DNA of 61,428 nt, counting the filler, from Platydemus manokwari (Eukaryota): assembly GCA_037951405.1 (NCBI GenBank). It is 4 parts of 4 records of this genome, joined end to end, with 100 filler letters (N's around TTAATTAATTAA, not from the genome) between each part and the next. Parts side by side here need not be neighbours in the genome. Positions count along the whole stretch, not along the records: positions 1 to 13,981 come from JBBMOY011556967.1; positions 14,082 to 33,628 come from JBBMOY011866942.1; 2 more parts are not named here. The stretch is one strand, 5' to 3'. The notes beneath the pieces are model-generated. The model saw only the letters and a program-made list of their open reading frames with translations, made no database searches and was not told where the DNA came from. This document shows, one piece after another, positions 1-14,189 of the stretch. Position 1 is the first letter of the stretch; every line of letters begins with the position of its first letter. Both the position numbers and the translations under genes were made by a program.

Positions 1-4
1 CATT

Positions 5-21
5 TGGTGCACCAAGTGAGG
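5..21 (+). promoter_or_regulatory. Primer-binding site of an LTR retrotransposon
   Basis: Window starts CA (LTR-end-like), then TT, then TGGTGCACCAAGTGAGG. Its reverse complement CCTCACTTGGTGCACCA resembles a tRNA 3' end with CCA (Ile/Met-like). Followed by an A-rich leader and gag. Confidence 0.6.
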
Positions 22-447
22 ATATAAATCATTTTAAATATCCTTAAAGCTTTTAATACAATAATCAAAAACATAACCAATTATTTAATAGATAAAAACA
101 GCAATAATCAAACAATTAAAGACTAATAAGAAAAATGTATTTAATAAAACATCAATTTGACATTCTTCAAAATCTGCAAGCCTGAATAAGACCGAAATTT
201 ACCTGAAATAATAGAATTAAAAATTAATAATTAAGAAACCTTGAAAACACCTAAATTCTTGAAAAGCTGCTTGGAAAGTTAATAAAATAGGAATAGTAAA
301 ACAACTGAAATTGAAAGTTAATTAGAAATTTTAAAATAAATTGGAATTTCAAAATAAGTTTGATTAAGGAATTAGAAGTTTAAATTTAAAATTGATAGTA
401 GATAAAAGTTAACTGAAAGTTAAAAATTGAATTAAAATTAATAAATC

Positions 448-3400
448 ATGGATAGTAAAAGCTTTATCAATACATCTGATATAGTACCAATGTTTAGAAT
501 GAATTATGAATATAATAATAACATATATATCCCCATAAACCCATACGATGGAAAGGAACAAATTTACGATGATTTCTTTAACGAGTTTGATAGAATAATG
601 GATGGACACGACTGGGCCGGAGCAGAGAGGAGTCAGCGTTTATCATTATAACTTAAAGGTTACAGCCTAAAAACTTATCAAGATCTAAAATGCAATAATA
701 CAGAAACTTATGCGCAGTTAGTAGAAGAGTTAAGGAAAAAGTTAGTTAAAACAGAAGAAGTCCATGAGTATTATGTAAAGAAGTTCTTGGATAGATGTCA
801 ATTATCAGGGGGAAATGTAAGAGAATATGCTATGGTATTAAAACAATTGGCTGCAAAAGCTTATGATCTTAAATATGTGACACTTGGGGGTAGAGATCAA
901 ATAGTGATGGATCAGTTTAAAATAGGAATTTTACTTGCGTTAAAAAGTCCAATAGCATTGGCTGAGTTTAAAAACTTAGATGAATTAATACAAAAGACAA
1001 GAAGAATCGAAACAATTTATGGAGAAAATCATGATATAGGATATAGCGCACCAATGAAAAACCCATTAATTAATGCAGTCGTATTTAGGGATAATAAAAA
1101 CGAAAATTTATCACCACTACTAAATCAAAAAAAGATGTGAACGTGACTTGTTTTGAGTTAAATAAAATGTAAGAAAAATTTTGAAAGAAAGACGATAATT
1201 ATAATCAACGAAAACAAACGCGCGAAAATAGGAATTATGGCAGAAATAAACATAATTCCAACAACTATTACTACAATAGGGATAGGAATAAGGAAAATAA
1301 ACAGCAAAATTACAAGAATTATGAGCATAGAGCTAATAATAACTGTAGTCGGGAAAATGAAAATCAAATAAATAGTAGAAATTATCCACAGTATCAGAAT
1401 AGGTTTTATCAAAATAGGAAAAATAATAGGTATGGTGAAATAAGAGATAGAAGTAGAAGTCCATGTGAAAGAAAGAAATATAACTTACAAAATCAGAAAA
1501 TAATAATGTAAGGAAGAAGCAATATAAAAACTATGACATCCCAAGAGGTAGATATGTTGATAAAAGTAGGAATAGTTTGAGTCATACAAGGATAGTATCA
1601 TATGACAAGAATAAGAATCGATTAAGAGAGAATTTTCCAAACAAAGACAGTAATATACAAATACACAATTATACAAGAAATTTACAATGTGACTACTGTA
1701 AAAGAACTAGACATTTAATATCAACGTGTGAGCTGAGAAAAGAACAATATGAAAGGCAAAGATATAGAGCGAAATTAAAAAGAGGAATTGGAAAACAGAA
1801 ACAAATACATCAGGGAATAATGAGAAAAAAAAGAAAAAAGAAGAATATGATAAGAACCAAAGGCAAATTTAGTAAAAAAAAAAAGAAGAAGATAGAATAA
1901 TGTAGAAAGAAAGAGCAAAGAATACTGAGAGAAATAATGGTAGTAGACAAACTAAAGAAATTAAAGGAATCATTTCAAGAAGCTAAAATGAAATATCAAA
2001 GAGAAATTAGAAATTTATTAGAAAAAAAAGAAAAATTAATTAAAAAGATAGAAAGAAGGCAGACAGGAAAATATCTGAAGCGAGAGAATAAGAATATGAA
2101 TCACAATCAAAGACCAGTAATGAAATTCTATCCAATTATGGAAAAGGAAGATGAAAAACAATTCAAGAAGGAGAGAAAACAAAATCATAGATAATAACAA
2201 ACATCAAATGACAAAACATCATATGGATGAAATTGAAATGATGAAACAAGCATCTGGAAAACAAATAGATGAAGAGGAACACAAATATGACATAAAACCA
2301 GAAGAAAAGAAATCATTAACATTGACGAAAAAAGTTGAAAAGATACAAGTACTAGTAAATGAAAATGAATTCGAAAAAGCCAAGAATACAATTCAACAAG
2401 TACAACAATATGCAAGAGATACTATACAAATAAATGATGGAGAATGGAGAACAATAAAAGTATGTGGAACAATAATATGGAAAAATCCAGAATTGAAAAA
2501 CCATTAAAAGTAAACGTATGGGCATTTCACCGAGAAAAGGAATATGAAATAAATTTCACGACACATTCATGCACAAACAATTAAGAAAATTAAGAGAAAA
2601 GTAGCACAACAGTTAGGAGATAATTCTAGGTTAGTAACATTGGAAATAATAATATTACACAAAATAAAGAATGTAAAGGACGAAGAATATTTGATTGACG
2701 TAGGATTTTCACAGTATGAATTAAACAGTATCTATGCGCAATTAAGAGATGTAAGGGGAAACAAACCAATAAAGGAAACGCAAAATTAGGAAGTACAAAA
2801 TAGGAGAATATTCGTAGTTAGTAAGGAAGATGAAATATTGGAATTAAACTCAGAAAAGGAGATAATAGGAAACTTAATGATTACAAATCATCCTTTTGAA
2901 AAGGAATCACAGTTAATAATTGACGAATTTGGAAATGAAAATAATTCGAACTAGATTGACAATGAAGCAAATTCTGATAATTATGAGTTACAATTGTTCA
3001 ATGATAATGAATATGGAATCAAATATGAAGAAGTTTGCAATAATGGTGAAGACAAATCATTTGGATTAATATAATCTTCTAGAAATTGATTAATCGATAG
3101 TGATGGGTTGATAAATAGTTGCGAGGGTGATAGTAAAACAGAAATAATAACGAGAATAGATGTAGAAGAAAAATTAATGAGGAAATTATTCTTACTAAAA
3201 GAGATAAGAATGGGAAGGATACTGTCATTGAAAGAAATATGAAAAGAAGAAGATAAAGAAGAACTAAGTCCAAAGATGCTACAATCGGAAAAAATAGACA
3301 AAGATGATCAACAAGTGTCTAATCGAATTCATGTAAAATATAAATATTGTTTAGACGGACAAACATATAGGATAAAAAATAAATTACGAGATATATACAT

Positions 3401-3520
3401 ACCAGAAATAATTATACACAAATTAGACAAACTGATAAGGAATAATGAAGATGTTAAAATAGAGAGACGTGGGAACAAGAAGAAATTGAATAAATAAAAG
3501 AAAGAGACATCATAGAAGGA
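448..3520 (+). mobile_element. gag: Degenerate Ty3/gypsy-like gag with capsid region, CCHC zinc knuckle and long charged tail; no recognisable pol
   Basis: ORFs 448-651 and 787-1140 are the same frame split by a stop at 649 (PYDGK..DFFNEFDRI...W....RL..LKG...Y..L.EEL, Q...V.EYA..L..LA.KAY pattern). CDYCKRTRHLISTC knuckle near 1688-1730. Several stops and frameshifts downstream; strongly A-rich sense strand. Confidence 0.75.
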
Positions 3521-3714
3521 AAATTACTGTTCTTCAAAATTTCAATTTTTTCAACAGCAGTTAACTTTTCACACTTTCATTTTGCCATAAATAAGGTCCA
3601 GTGAAAATATTTTCATAAAAAATTAATATTAAAACAACGTTATCATGTCAAAAATAAAAATAAATGATTAAGATATTTTTTATCTAATGTGGTAGTTAAC
3701 ATAACTGGCAGCTA

Positions 3715-3795
3715 CTAGGAATTTTCTATTATAATTTTTGGACTTTCAAAAAATTTGGCAATTATGAGTGGCCGTTAGTAAGAGGAAAACTGTAT
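3715..3795. mobile_element. Possible pogo/Tc-family MITE terminus
   Basis: Ends GGCCGTTAGTAAGAGGAAAACTG-TA, resembling ...ACTG-TA termini; no partner TIR identified. Confidence 0.25.
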
Positions 3796-4640
3796 TATCA
3801 TTAATTTTTTATATGATTCAAGTAAATATTTAAAAGAGAAAAAAAACAAAATCTTATTTGATTATTGAAAAATATAAATACATGTTCAAACAATTTTGAT
3901 TATGTTTTCATTCAATTCTTTTCATTAAACGATTGGCGATAAGGCAAAACTTTTCTCCACTTTTTTTTATAAGCCAAAAAATAGAAAAGATTTTTTGACA
4001 CATTTAAACAAATCATGTATTAATTTTTCAATTGATTTCAATTGAGAATTGGTCGGCATTTCATACAAAATTGAAATTCATCCATTTTATTTTAGATTGG
4101 ATAAATCAAAACCAATTCAAAGGGCTTCCGGTGATTGATTGTGCGAATTTTTTGAAAATTAATTTCCATTAATGATTTAAATATTTAATTAGAATATCTT
4201 ATTAAAATAACTATTGAAATTCGAATCTGTTTTAAGATATTGTTTTTATCAGCACTTGATAAAATTAATAATAATAAAATTTAAATGAATGATAATAATA
4301 ATTTGGATAAATATTTTAATTCGAGTCGAACAAGACCGATTTAATTATAATTTTGATAATTAGATCTCTTCGAGGTTTAACATTATAACCCTCTGGATAT
4401 TTTCAGCATAAATTTAAACCCCATTGCTATACTTAGAATTAATCTCGTTCACACATTTATTGGGAAATCTTATCTCGAGATATAATAATTTCTTGAAGCG
4501 AGAAGCACAGTAATCCGATGTTATTTAAGTAATAATCAAATTTTAAGAATAATATTAATAATATAAAATTAATAATTATTATAATAAATGGATATATTGC
4601 TTTGTTCAATTATAAAAATCGAAAATTTTGACATTGCTAG

Positions 4641-5233
4641 TTCGGCAAAATTTAAAAAAGGGTCCAAAAACAAAATTTTTAATTTGTTGAGTGTATTGCA
4701 AAATTCTATATAGTTTATTTAATTATATTCTTTAAAAACATTTTGAACTTTTTATTTAAGTACTTACAAAAAGAATCTTAGTTGTTTGAAATCAAATATT
4801 AAATAGACTAGAGCTTAAAAATCTCCTTAAATTTGATTATTTGAAAAATTGAAAAAAGTAGATCGAATTGTAATTTATTGAAAATTAGCGAGGACCCCTT
4901 TTTAACATTAGAAGCAAATCGAGAGATATTCTCAATGTTTACAATTATTTTATAAAAATAAGCAATGATATTATTAAACATGTCTGTATTTAACTAACTC
5001 GATTTATAATTATAAAAATTTTAATTTAAAAACTCATAATCATATAGAAGTGTTGTGATTAGAATGGGAACTTGGTTTGAAAACAATGTTTTGTCACTAT
5101 TAGACATCTGAAAAAATGAAATATTAACTGAATCATACAAATAAATCAAACAAAACAGTTATATATTAAATAATCTCATGCGCGAAAATTAAGCATTACG
5201 AAAGTAGGTCAAAAGACCCATTTTCTTAATTTA
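4641..5233 (+). repeat. ~600-bp interspersed repeat, family A copy 1
   Basis: Aligns by eye in reverse orientation to 27331-27926 (e.g. TAGAATGGGAACTTGGTTT, GAGGACCCCTTTT, CGAAAGTAGGT) and partly to 50860-51186. Confidence 0.85.
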
Positions 5234-6002
5234 ACCCGACAAGATCATTAGTTGATTTGAACCAATTTATTAGAACAGCCTTGATTAATCTTTAATTCAA
5301 ATCCAGACAATTCATTATCTTGATAACCTTATAAATCATCAACTTAATACATAATCATATTTTATAAATTTTTAATAATTTAAATTACCTTAACCTTTCA
5401 AGTTAGATTTTTGAGTCAAATTTTCCTTGATCCTTGTCAATTAATCGTCTAAGTTTTTTTTTAATTTCACAAATTTGATTAACCTTTTACAGACTTTATA
5501 AATCCATTTTAAATCGTCAATTAATTATCTCATTATTAATTGATACCAAAATTTATTATTAACCATTTTGGTTGTTTGTTTTACGTAAAATTAGTTGGTG
5601 TTTCAAGTTTAGCACGCCAGCATAAACGGTGTTTCTACTCTCAAGCTGTTACTGTCAAGTATCGATTTAAGTATAGTGATAAAATATGAAAATATATTAG
5701 TTATTCAATGAGTATGTCATACCCGGAATACAAACGTGTTATAACATCAACATCAAAGATTTGGTTTAATGATTAGTGAGTACTGAAAATTGTTATAGAT
5801 TCGATTTTATCTTCTCAGCGACATAAAAATTTACGTTATTTCTACCCTGTCATTTCAGTAGATAATGATCTCCTGTCATTGTGATGCAAATGTATTTCAA
5901 ATCAATCAAAAATTAAACGATAATTATAAATAATATATATCTTTAACTAATAATTTAATTTTAATCTTCTATCAAAATAAATAAATATCTTTTTATTTGC
6001 AG

Positions 6003-9000
6003 AGTATGGTTGTCAATGGCTTTATCAATTCAAGTTTAGCATCATTCGAGAAACGGTACCAATTATCAAGTGTCGAATCATCATTTATAGCATCATCATT
6101 TGATATTGGATGTATGCTTGTCGTTATTCCAGTATCATACTGGGGAACTGATCGTCACAAGGTTCAGTGGATTGGAATAGGATCTGTTATAATGGGTTTT
6201 GGCAGTTTTATCATGGTCAGTCCCCAAATTTTGGCTGGAAAATATCAATATAGTTCAGTTTTACAGGTGAATTAGTTGCGATTTGTTGTTGTGGATTCAG
6301 ATAATTCTCGTGACTTATGTTGATATGTTTAAAGGAATTTTTATTGCTTGTGAATAAGACAATATAATAAAAATGACCTCCTTTAATTAGTATTTAAATT
6401 ATTCTTTTATATTTTGAATTTAGGAGACACATAAATCTATTTTTCTATTATATATCCTTACAATTATAATTATTTATTTTTACTATTTATTATTATTATT
6501 GTTATTATTATTTTATTTCAGAAAGATATTCCTTTATGCACAAATAAGACGACTATTGAAAACTGTACCCACTTCGATAGCAGCAAATCATTGCAGACAT
6601 ATAAATATCTCTTTTATTTGGGTCATTTCGTCATTGGGATCGGATCGTCACCATTATATACTTTAGGAATTGCTTACATTGAAGAAATAGTCGATATGAA
6701 AACCTCAGCACTTTATATTGCAATCGCAACCGTCGTATCATCAATTGGCCCAGCTGCAGGATATGTTGTACTTGGACTGAGTCTGAAAATATATGTCGAC
6801 ATTGTGATTCCATCAAGTGAAATGACACAAGAGAACACCGATATTTGGGTTGGGGCTTGGTGGCTACCATTTGTGATTGCAGGGATAGCATTCCTTGTAT
6901 TTTCTGTACCATTAATTTTCTTTCCACACCCCATATACCGTGCAGTTGATTTCGACATTATTCAAATCATGAAATTAAATGCCACTGATCTGAAAAACAT
7001 ATTCAATATATCGAAAAGTGTTTTGAAAAATGCAACATATATTTGTGTCACAGCGGCATCGGCTTTAGGAAGTATAATATATTAGTTTAGCAAAAATAAT
7101 ATCTACATTTTTATAATTAACTTCATTCTAATTTATTATTAGTATGATTAAAATGAAATATATTTTACCATTAGATTTGCAAATATTCATATTGGTTTCT
7201 AATCATTCAATCAGTTCAGATAACCTATTGAAGAAGGCACTAATTAAAATGTTGATTTACCTCACAGAAATATTGAAATTTAATGTTGGTATTATAAACG
7301 TATGAGAATAAGAATTTTGATAACATTGTGTGTGTATGTGTGTTTCATTCTAACTCTGGTAATTAATCATTATAAAATTATTCTATTAATCTAAGATCAT
7401 TACCATCATTAAATCATTTTAAATAGTTCTTATACTACTGAAATTTATAATGTTAATTTTAATAATATAATGCAATCCAAATAATAAAACCGTTGTTTTA
7501 TAATTTTGTATTAATTTTCAGTGCTTTCGCTCTGTGGATTATCTACGTACGGTCCAAAATATTTGGAAACCGTATTCGGTTTGACAGCAAGCATTTCTAC
7601 AATAGCTGCTGGTAAATTTTTTATTGTATCTCATTGAAATAAACCATATGATCAGGTGTGGTCACGATTCCGTCTTTGGCTACTGGAGCACTGGTTGGTG
7701 GATTATTGTTGAGTCATTTCAATTGGAAACTAAAAGGATCGCTTTTATTTATGACAATTACCACTCTTGTTAGTGTTCCATTGGCTTTCAGTTTCTTTCT
7801 TAGTTGTGAACAGGCCAAATTTGCTGGAATCGATACTCCGATTGGTGACTCGAAGTAAAGTTGTTTGTGAACATTACCAACGATGTTTCATTGATAAATT
7901 TAGACGGTTCAGTCATACTTTTCATGCCGACTGTAATGAAAAATGCAATTGTCTAGTATCTCTTGATTTCTTTCGACCGACTTGCGCTATAAATCAAGTG
8001 ACGTATTACTCCCCCTGTGTAGCAGGCTGCAAGGAGAAGTTAGAAAAAGATAACGTTTATGTAATTGAGAATTTCAATTAATTTTCACTTTATAATTCAA
8101 CTATAAAACATCTAAATCATCTCTCTCTTAGAATCATTATTTTATTTCCTTGCTAATTCTGATACCTATTTTTTCAATATTTTGTTTCATATTTATTTAT
8201 TTAATGAATACAATGCAGCTTCGGAAAACTGGTGAATAAACTCTGCACTATATAATGAAATGAAATAAAATTATCGTAGAATAACATATCTAATTATCTG
8301 TTATTGCTATTCTTTATTATTACTGAGATATTTTATATGAATTAAATTTTTAATTCACATTTAATTCAAATTTTATTTAGATGTAATCATAATTTTATAA
8401 AAAAATTATATTAATATAAAATTAGATTTATTTGTATTTAAATAGATTGGTGGTGTCTTGACTTTCCAGTTCGTGTTTAATGTGTGGTTGTTAAAATAGC
8501 TGCAGCTAACAATTACTCTTACGTTCTATTATCATTACTTGTTTTTATTATTTATTGTCAATGTTCATATCATGTATTAATTAACCTTAATATTATCTAA
8601 TCATCTCCAATTGAATTATCAATCAATTAAGATTTTTATTATTTCTTATTATTAAATCATTATAATCATTTTTCGGAACTAGCTATTTAGCATATCCGAC
8701 TCTTCTTTATGTTAAAACACTTACAGGACCTTCAAGCTTAGACAATATAAAAAGTTAAAATAGGACTGAGTTCTTCCTTACAACATCGAGTATCTGGCTT
8801 GAAAGAATTTGGAAATGTATTAAATTTTTAAGATTTAATTCAAATTTGACATAAAATCATATTAATGCTTATATAATTGTGTTTAAACATATAATTTGGC
8901 GTCATGATGTCTCAATTATTTTTCAATGCGTATTTTCTAAAATAGTAGCTTACACTGATCACAATAAACTCCTTTTCAGCAACGGTTTCAACTACTATCA

Positions 9001-10295
9001 CTGTATTCTACACTGGTACAGTTTATAACTCTAAAATATTATGACCCGAATCAGTTATTTTCGTTTTGTATGACGAAATGTGTCCATTTTCGTTAATTCT
9101 TATCAAATATTGAGTGGTCATGAAGAGACTTTTGGAATAATTAGTCGTTTTAACCATTTTAACTTGAAATTATCTATTTAACAATTTTAGAATTTTACTG
9201 GCATTTTTCGGTGATAATTTGTGTTATTGAGTTATCACTTTTGAAATTTGTGAAATCATTTAACCTGGATTGTTCTAATTTTTTATGATTTTTAATTTCA
9301 ATTCGGATTTTTAATTTAAATTACTTTTATTATTTTCAATTTTTTTTACTCATCTAAATCAAATTAAATAAATAAATAAATCCAAAATTTAAATTCAATA
9401 TAATTGATACAAAGTAAAACAAAACACTAGTTGAATGCTATTATTCATGTTTAATATTGTCGTAGACATTTCGAAATTGTTCCTGCATCAAACCAAACAC
9501 AAAGTCACCAGATGGCGTTCAACTATTCGATCAAACTTGCAAGGAAGTTATTTGTGGGAATTTTTATCTATTTTTAAGCCTTCTGGCGATTTATCTTTTC
9601 ATAACTTATTTAAGAGGAACTCCTTTGGTTACATCGACCATTCGTTCAGTGAAAGGAAACGAGATTACATTGGGTCTCGGTATTCAGAGCATCATTACCA
9701 GAGTCTTCGGTTGATTTAAATTTATTTTAGATACTTTGGTTTAATAATAATGAATTTAAAAAAGTGCATTTTATTTGTTGATAAGCTAACCAATAACGAT
9801 AATAAGTCAGTAATACATTTCTAATATTACCATATATATATTAGTTTATATTTGCCTTGGTTTCTGTGAAAGACCAAAAATTAGGAAAAAAACCATTACA
9901 AGAAGCCAGTATGTCTCGAGTCGTATTTTATTAATAAAATTTCTAGAATTGGTACCATTTGTTTTAATGTAAACAGTTGATTCATAAGCCCACTCAAAGT
10001 TGACAATAACAGATAATAGAGCCATTTATTAAAATAATTATTTGTAATTAATTATTAATAATGTTGATCATGTTCGACAGGTTCTATTCCTGGACCTGTT
10101 ATATTCGGATATTTCATTGACAAATCCTGCATTTTCTGGCATAAGAAATGCAACAAATATGGTAATTGTTTGAAATACGATATTCGATTATATTCGGCTT
10201 CATTTTTATTTCTAATAATTCTGATCACAATATCCAATGCCATATGTTTTATTATTGCTTATGTTAAAATGACTTGCAAGCCTCCAATTCAATAG
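6003..10295 (+). CDS. SLCO4: Organic anion transporting polypeptide, OATP4/SLCO4-like, spliced. Exons ~6003-6266, 6522-7071, 7522-7611, 7656-7855, 7904-8060, 9467-9709, 10081-10295; 5' exon(s) probably at 5708-5860
   Basis: MVVNGF..SSL..FEKRY.LSS....IASSFDI; YTLGIAYI; GPAAGY; WVGAWW; GPKYLE; Kazal-like CN..C.C....F.P.C.....YYSPC.AGC; IPGPVIFG.FID.SC..W...C...GNC..YD. GT-AG boundaries checked join in frame; stop TAG at 10293-10295. Confidence 0.92.
8322..8489 (+). repeat. ~165-bp interspersed repeat, family B copy 1 (OATP intron)
   Basis: TGAGATATTTT..TGAATTAAATTTT...TTTGTATTTAAATAGATT...TGTCTTGACTTT..A.TTCG..T..AATGTGTGGTT shared with 39245-39401 (+) and 15490-15650 (-). Confidence 0.75.
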
Positions 10296-13200
10296 TAATT
10301 GTATTGAGAATATATATTTTAAAACATTGCATTATTCTTTTTAATAATAATTTTGTAATAATAATGGTAATAATCATAATCGTAATAACAATAACTAAAT
10401 CTATTATTAATGCTGGCATGTTTGTCAAGAAAACCAGCATATGAGTAAGGAAAAAACACCCTTTGAATGTGTATAAAAATGCTTGATTGACTTTGTTGTA
10501 ATTTCTTGTTAAAATGATGGCTTGTATTTGTTTGGTGTTTGTCAGTGAGGGTTCAACTATTCAGTATTTGCAAGGTTTATGAAAAAATTTAAAAAAAATG
10601 ATTATATTTTGAAATGTTAAGTTTGGGTTTCTAGATAAATTTTTAGTGTAGAAAATATGGAACCTATTTGAATTACAGGTTGTTCATATGTATTTGGACT
10701 TTGATTTTTAAAAATGACTTTCAAATAGTCATCAATGGTGGTTACACCGGTTTAATTTACTAGTCTGATCATGAGAATTCCTATTCAAATTCTGGATGCA
10801 CATATGTATTACTAGTCTGCTATAGGAATTTGAATACTTTCCAAAAGATTGCCAAAACATAAACAATGTATATATTTGATCCATAAAAATGAAAAATAAA
10901 AAAATAATATTTGACTTTTATCTGTGAAATTTTTTCAAAATATTTCCAGAATTTTAAGCTTCGACAGTTATTATGATGCATGGGAAGGTATTTTCACTAT
11001 TAAAATTGAAATTATTTGGAATGTAAATCTCATTTTTCAGATGAATTTTTAACCTTTTAAATATAGGAACTCCTCTGAAAAGAGAATCGTGACAAATTGC
11101 TTAAATCTGAAATGTGATGGAGCTCATATTCATTGACAAATTATCTTTAGATTTGTGGTAAATATTGTGACGAGAAGGACTTTAAATTTCGATCAGAGGT
11201 TTGTACAAACTGTTATTTTATAACTCATTTTGTAATCCAAGCTTAGCGATTCCAAACAAGACGCATTAAGCTGGAGAACTATATGGCTTAGCATAACTCT
11301 TACCAAGAGAATAGTAATAATAAAAACAATACCTAAAAATGGAATTAAAAACTAAAATAAAACTAACATGTTATTAAAATTATGCGATCAAGAAAATCAA
11401 CCTAACTGTATTTCACATATTGGCGAGTCTTTTTTCGGTTTCACATATACCGATTGTGGTTCAGAAATTTATGACAAGGATTTGAAACCATATAATTTGC
11501 GCTGGTTTAAAATGGACGGAAAATGAAAATAATATGAATGACCAACATTTTAGATATAATCATGTGTAGTTTTCAATTTGTTTTCATCATCGATTGACAC
11601 GGGATGATAGAAATTACAATTCGAATAACAATGAATTACAAATTTAGCTAGTCACCAAATACATTCAGAAACCACGATAAGCCTACAGTAGATATCACTC
11701 AAGGTGGAATCAGCATCCAAAAGTTGAATATAAAGCAGAAGAAAATCACGAAGACCGGTTGTCAGAAAGATCACGCAAAAGACACACTGAGTAAGAATTA
11801 CTGATCAGAAAGACGGACAGTTGCTCGTGAAATCCAACTCATTTATAGGCTTATCGTGTGTTTCATTGATGTCTCAAAGCTTTGCTTTTCATTTGTTAGA
11901 GTCCTCCGCATGACACTCTGTTAACAAAATATCTCTCATACTCGTAAATTATTGAATTCTAAATATGGATTTCTGTAAAGAACGAATCTGATTTGTGTGT
12001 ATCAACCCTATGATTGTTATTTCCATGGTTTCCGGGAATATTTTGGTTGTTTTTATGACCTACCCAACAAATTCATTAAAACAAGTACTGTGAAATTCGA
12101 GAAAAAAATATTTTTCATTCATTTTCAAATCCTCAACAAAGCAAAAGAAACAAATCCACCGTAACAAATGAAAAATGGTTTTCTCAGTAATTTACATCCG
12201 TGCATTCAAGAAAGTCGGTGAAAGAATGTGTAGACTTGATACAAATTATGATTAGAAGAGCTTTTGTTGTTCATTTGACAAATTGTATTTGAAATTCACA
12301 ATCATTCTTAGATTTTTGCAAAGAAAAATACATCATTAATTTGCCTCGCTGACAACAGTTAATGAAAATTTAATTATACATTTACAATGAGTTTCAAAAC
12401 TTATTATAATTGTAAAATGCTGGGTTCTTCTTTCATTTTGCTCTGGTAGTTTTGATAATTGTTTGATATAATCTTTTCCTCATACAAATTCATTCTTAAG
12501 ATTTCTTAGTGGATATCATTTGTATCTTTCTCAATGATCGATATGCCATTCGACATCTACATTTAAATCGTCAAAAATTATTTCTCCTCATTTTAACAAT
12601 TATACCGCTCGATTTAGTGATCTCTAAATGTTCAGTCCGAGAGATGGTTTCTGAATAAAATAAAAGTCTACATAACATTATCTTTATCTCTACAAGGATT
12701 ATCTTTGAGTTATAGAATTAATTTTATCGAAAAAATGCTGTTTATGAGATTACGATTACGTTTCCTCTTTACTTTATTGAAAAAAATAATTATTTAATTC
12801 CTTGATGAAGCTGCCAATCAAATTTTTGTTGTACTCTAGTCTCGGTGAATGTTATGCTGATATGAATCTTACTCAGAATCCATGCAACTACTTATAGCTC
12901 AGATACAATTTATAAATTAATCTTTGTCCTATTCAGAACTTTGATGCTGTAGAATTTGAAATGGGTCTACATTATAAAATGGAGCAGTCATTCAACCCCA
13001 TTACGTTATGGAGATTCTAAGATATCACGTGCAGTTTTCGTTTGACGACATAAGCACTTATCATTTCTGAATGATTTGAAAATTATTTTTAGTTTCAATT
13101 TTTTTTACTTTCAATTATAAGTAGTAAGGAGTCATTTAAAAATAATTAAATAAAATGTGTGATTGATACTTTCACTTTGAATAATATTATTTAATTTAGC

Positions 13201-13981
13201 TCCCTATAATTGTTAGTAGTATATATCTCGAATAATTTATTAATTATAAATAATATTTCTCACTTTAAGCGATTTAAGAAACTCCAAAATCACGTTTCAC
13301 GTCTTATCATAAAAAAAATATTTGCTTAACATCATATAAATCCCAAAACCAAATTTCGAAAAACAAGAATTTATCGAAGAGATTTGTTTGCAACAGAAAA
13401 TACGTAAAATATATGAATATTAAAACAAATGTCGAAAATGGATTTTTCTTTGAAAATATTGATAGGAAAGATAAAATGGATAATTAAAGGGAAACAAGGC
13501 GGAATCATGATGTTATTAAATCAATATTTTATTAAATCAACTTACCTCAAGCACCTCAATTAGTCTCACTCACAAAAATCATATTGAGTAATTTTTCTCA
13601 TAAATCAGTATTAATTATTGAGAAAAACGCCTTTTAAACTGTCAGCAGTACTAGAAACATGATTGATTTATTTACAATTTCAAACCAACAATCGACTACG
13701 AAAAAACAAATGATGACACGGACAAATTAATTGACGGATATGAGCCATTTGATTGCGTCAGCTTATCTGATTTTGTGAACCCATATTGTAATATTCAGAG
13801 AAATTAGCTAATTGATCTCGATTCGTCGTAGTCAATTATTGATAAATATGGATAAATTCGAATATTTTGTTTTACTAGAATGAGTGATTTTTTAGGGAAA
13901 AATTGATTGTTTTCTATTTTTTTGTTGGTCATTCCGTCATTGATATTTGCTGTTATTATCGTATAGATAGTTTCTTGGATG

Positions 13982-14081
13982 NNNNNNNNNNNNNNNNNNN
14001 NNNNNNNNNNNNNNNNNNNNNNNNNTTAATTAATTAANNNNNNNNNNNNNNNNNNNNNNNNNNNNNNNNNNNNNNNNNNNN
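13982..14081. other. Artificial contig linker N44-TTAATTAATTAA-N44
   Basis: Identical 100-nt structure at three places; the 12-mer puts stops in all six frames. Confidence 0.97.
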
Positions 14082-14158
14082 TCATAAGATCTTCAATTTA
14101 ATATTTAAAAATGAAAAGCCAATTTAAAAAAGGCCATTATTTTTGCACCAACCTAATA
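14082..14158 (+). mobile_element. Mariner element terminus (TIR plus TA)
   Basis: GGCCATTATTTTTGCACCAACCTAA-TA is the reverse complement of the TTAGGTTGGTGCAAAA mariner-type TIR; it sits at a contig start. Confidence 0.8.
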
Positions 14159-14189
14159 AATGATATATATATATATAATATTATATTCT

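Noticed and set aside
8490-8545. rrnL-like word AATAGCTGCAG after the family B repeat
   Set aside because: Single short motif with no ordered flanking motifs.
10500-11900. Transposase or endonuclease words (CDGAHI, HIGES) after the OATP gene
   Set aside because: Isolated 5-6-residue matches without a supporting frame; probably TE debris but unassignable.
14026-14037. TTAATTAATTAA palindrome as a biological site (piggyBac TTAA or PacI-like)
   Set aside because: Identical N-flanked copies at all three gaps; an assembly linker.
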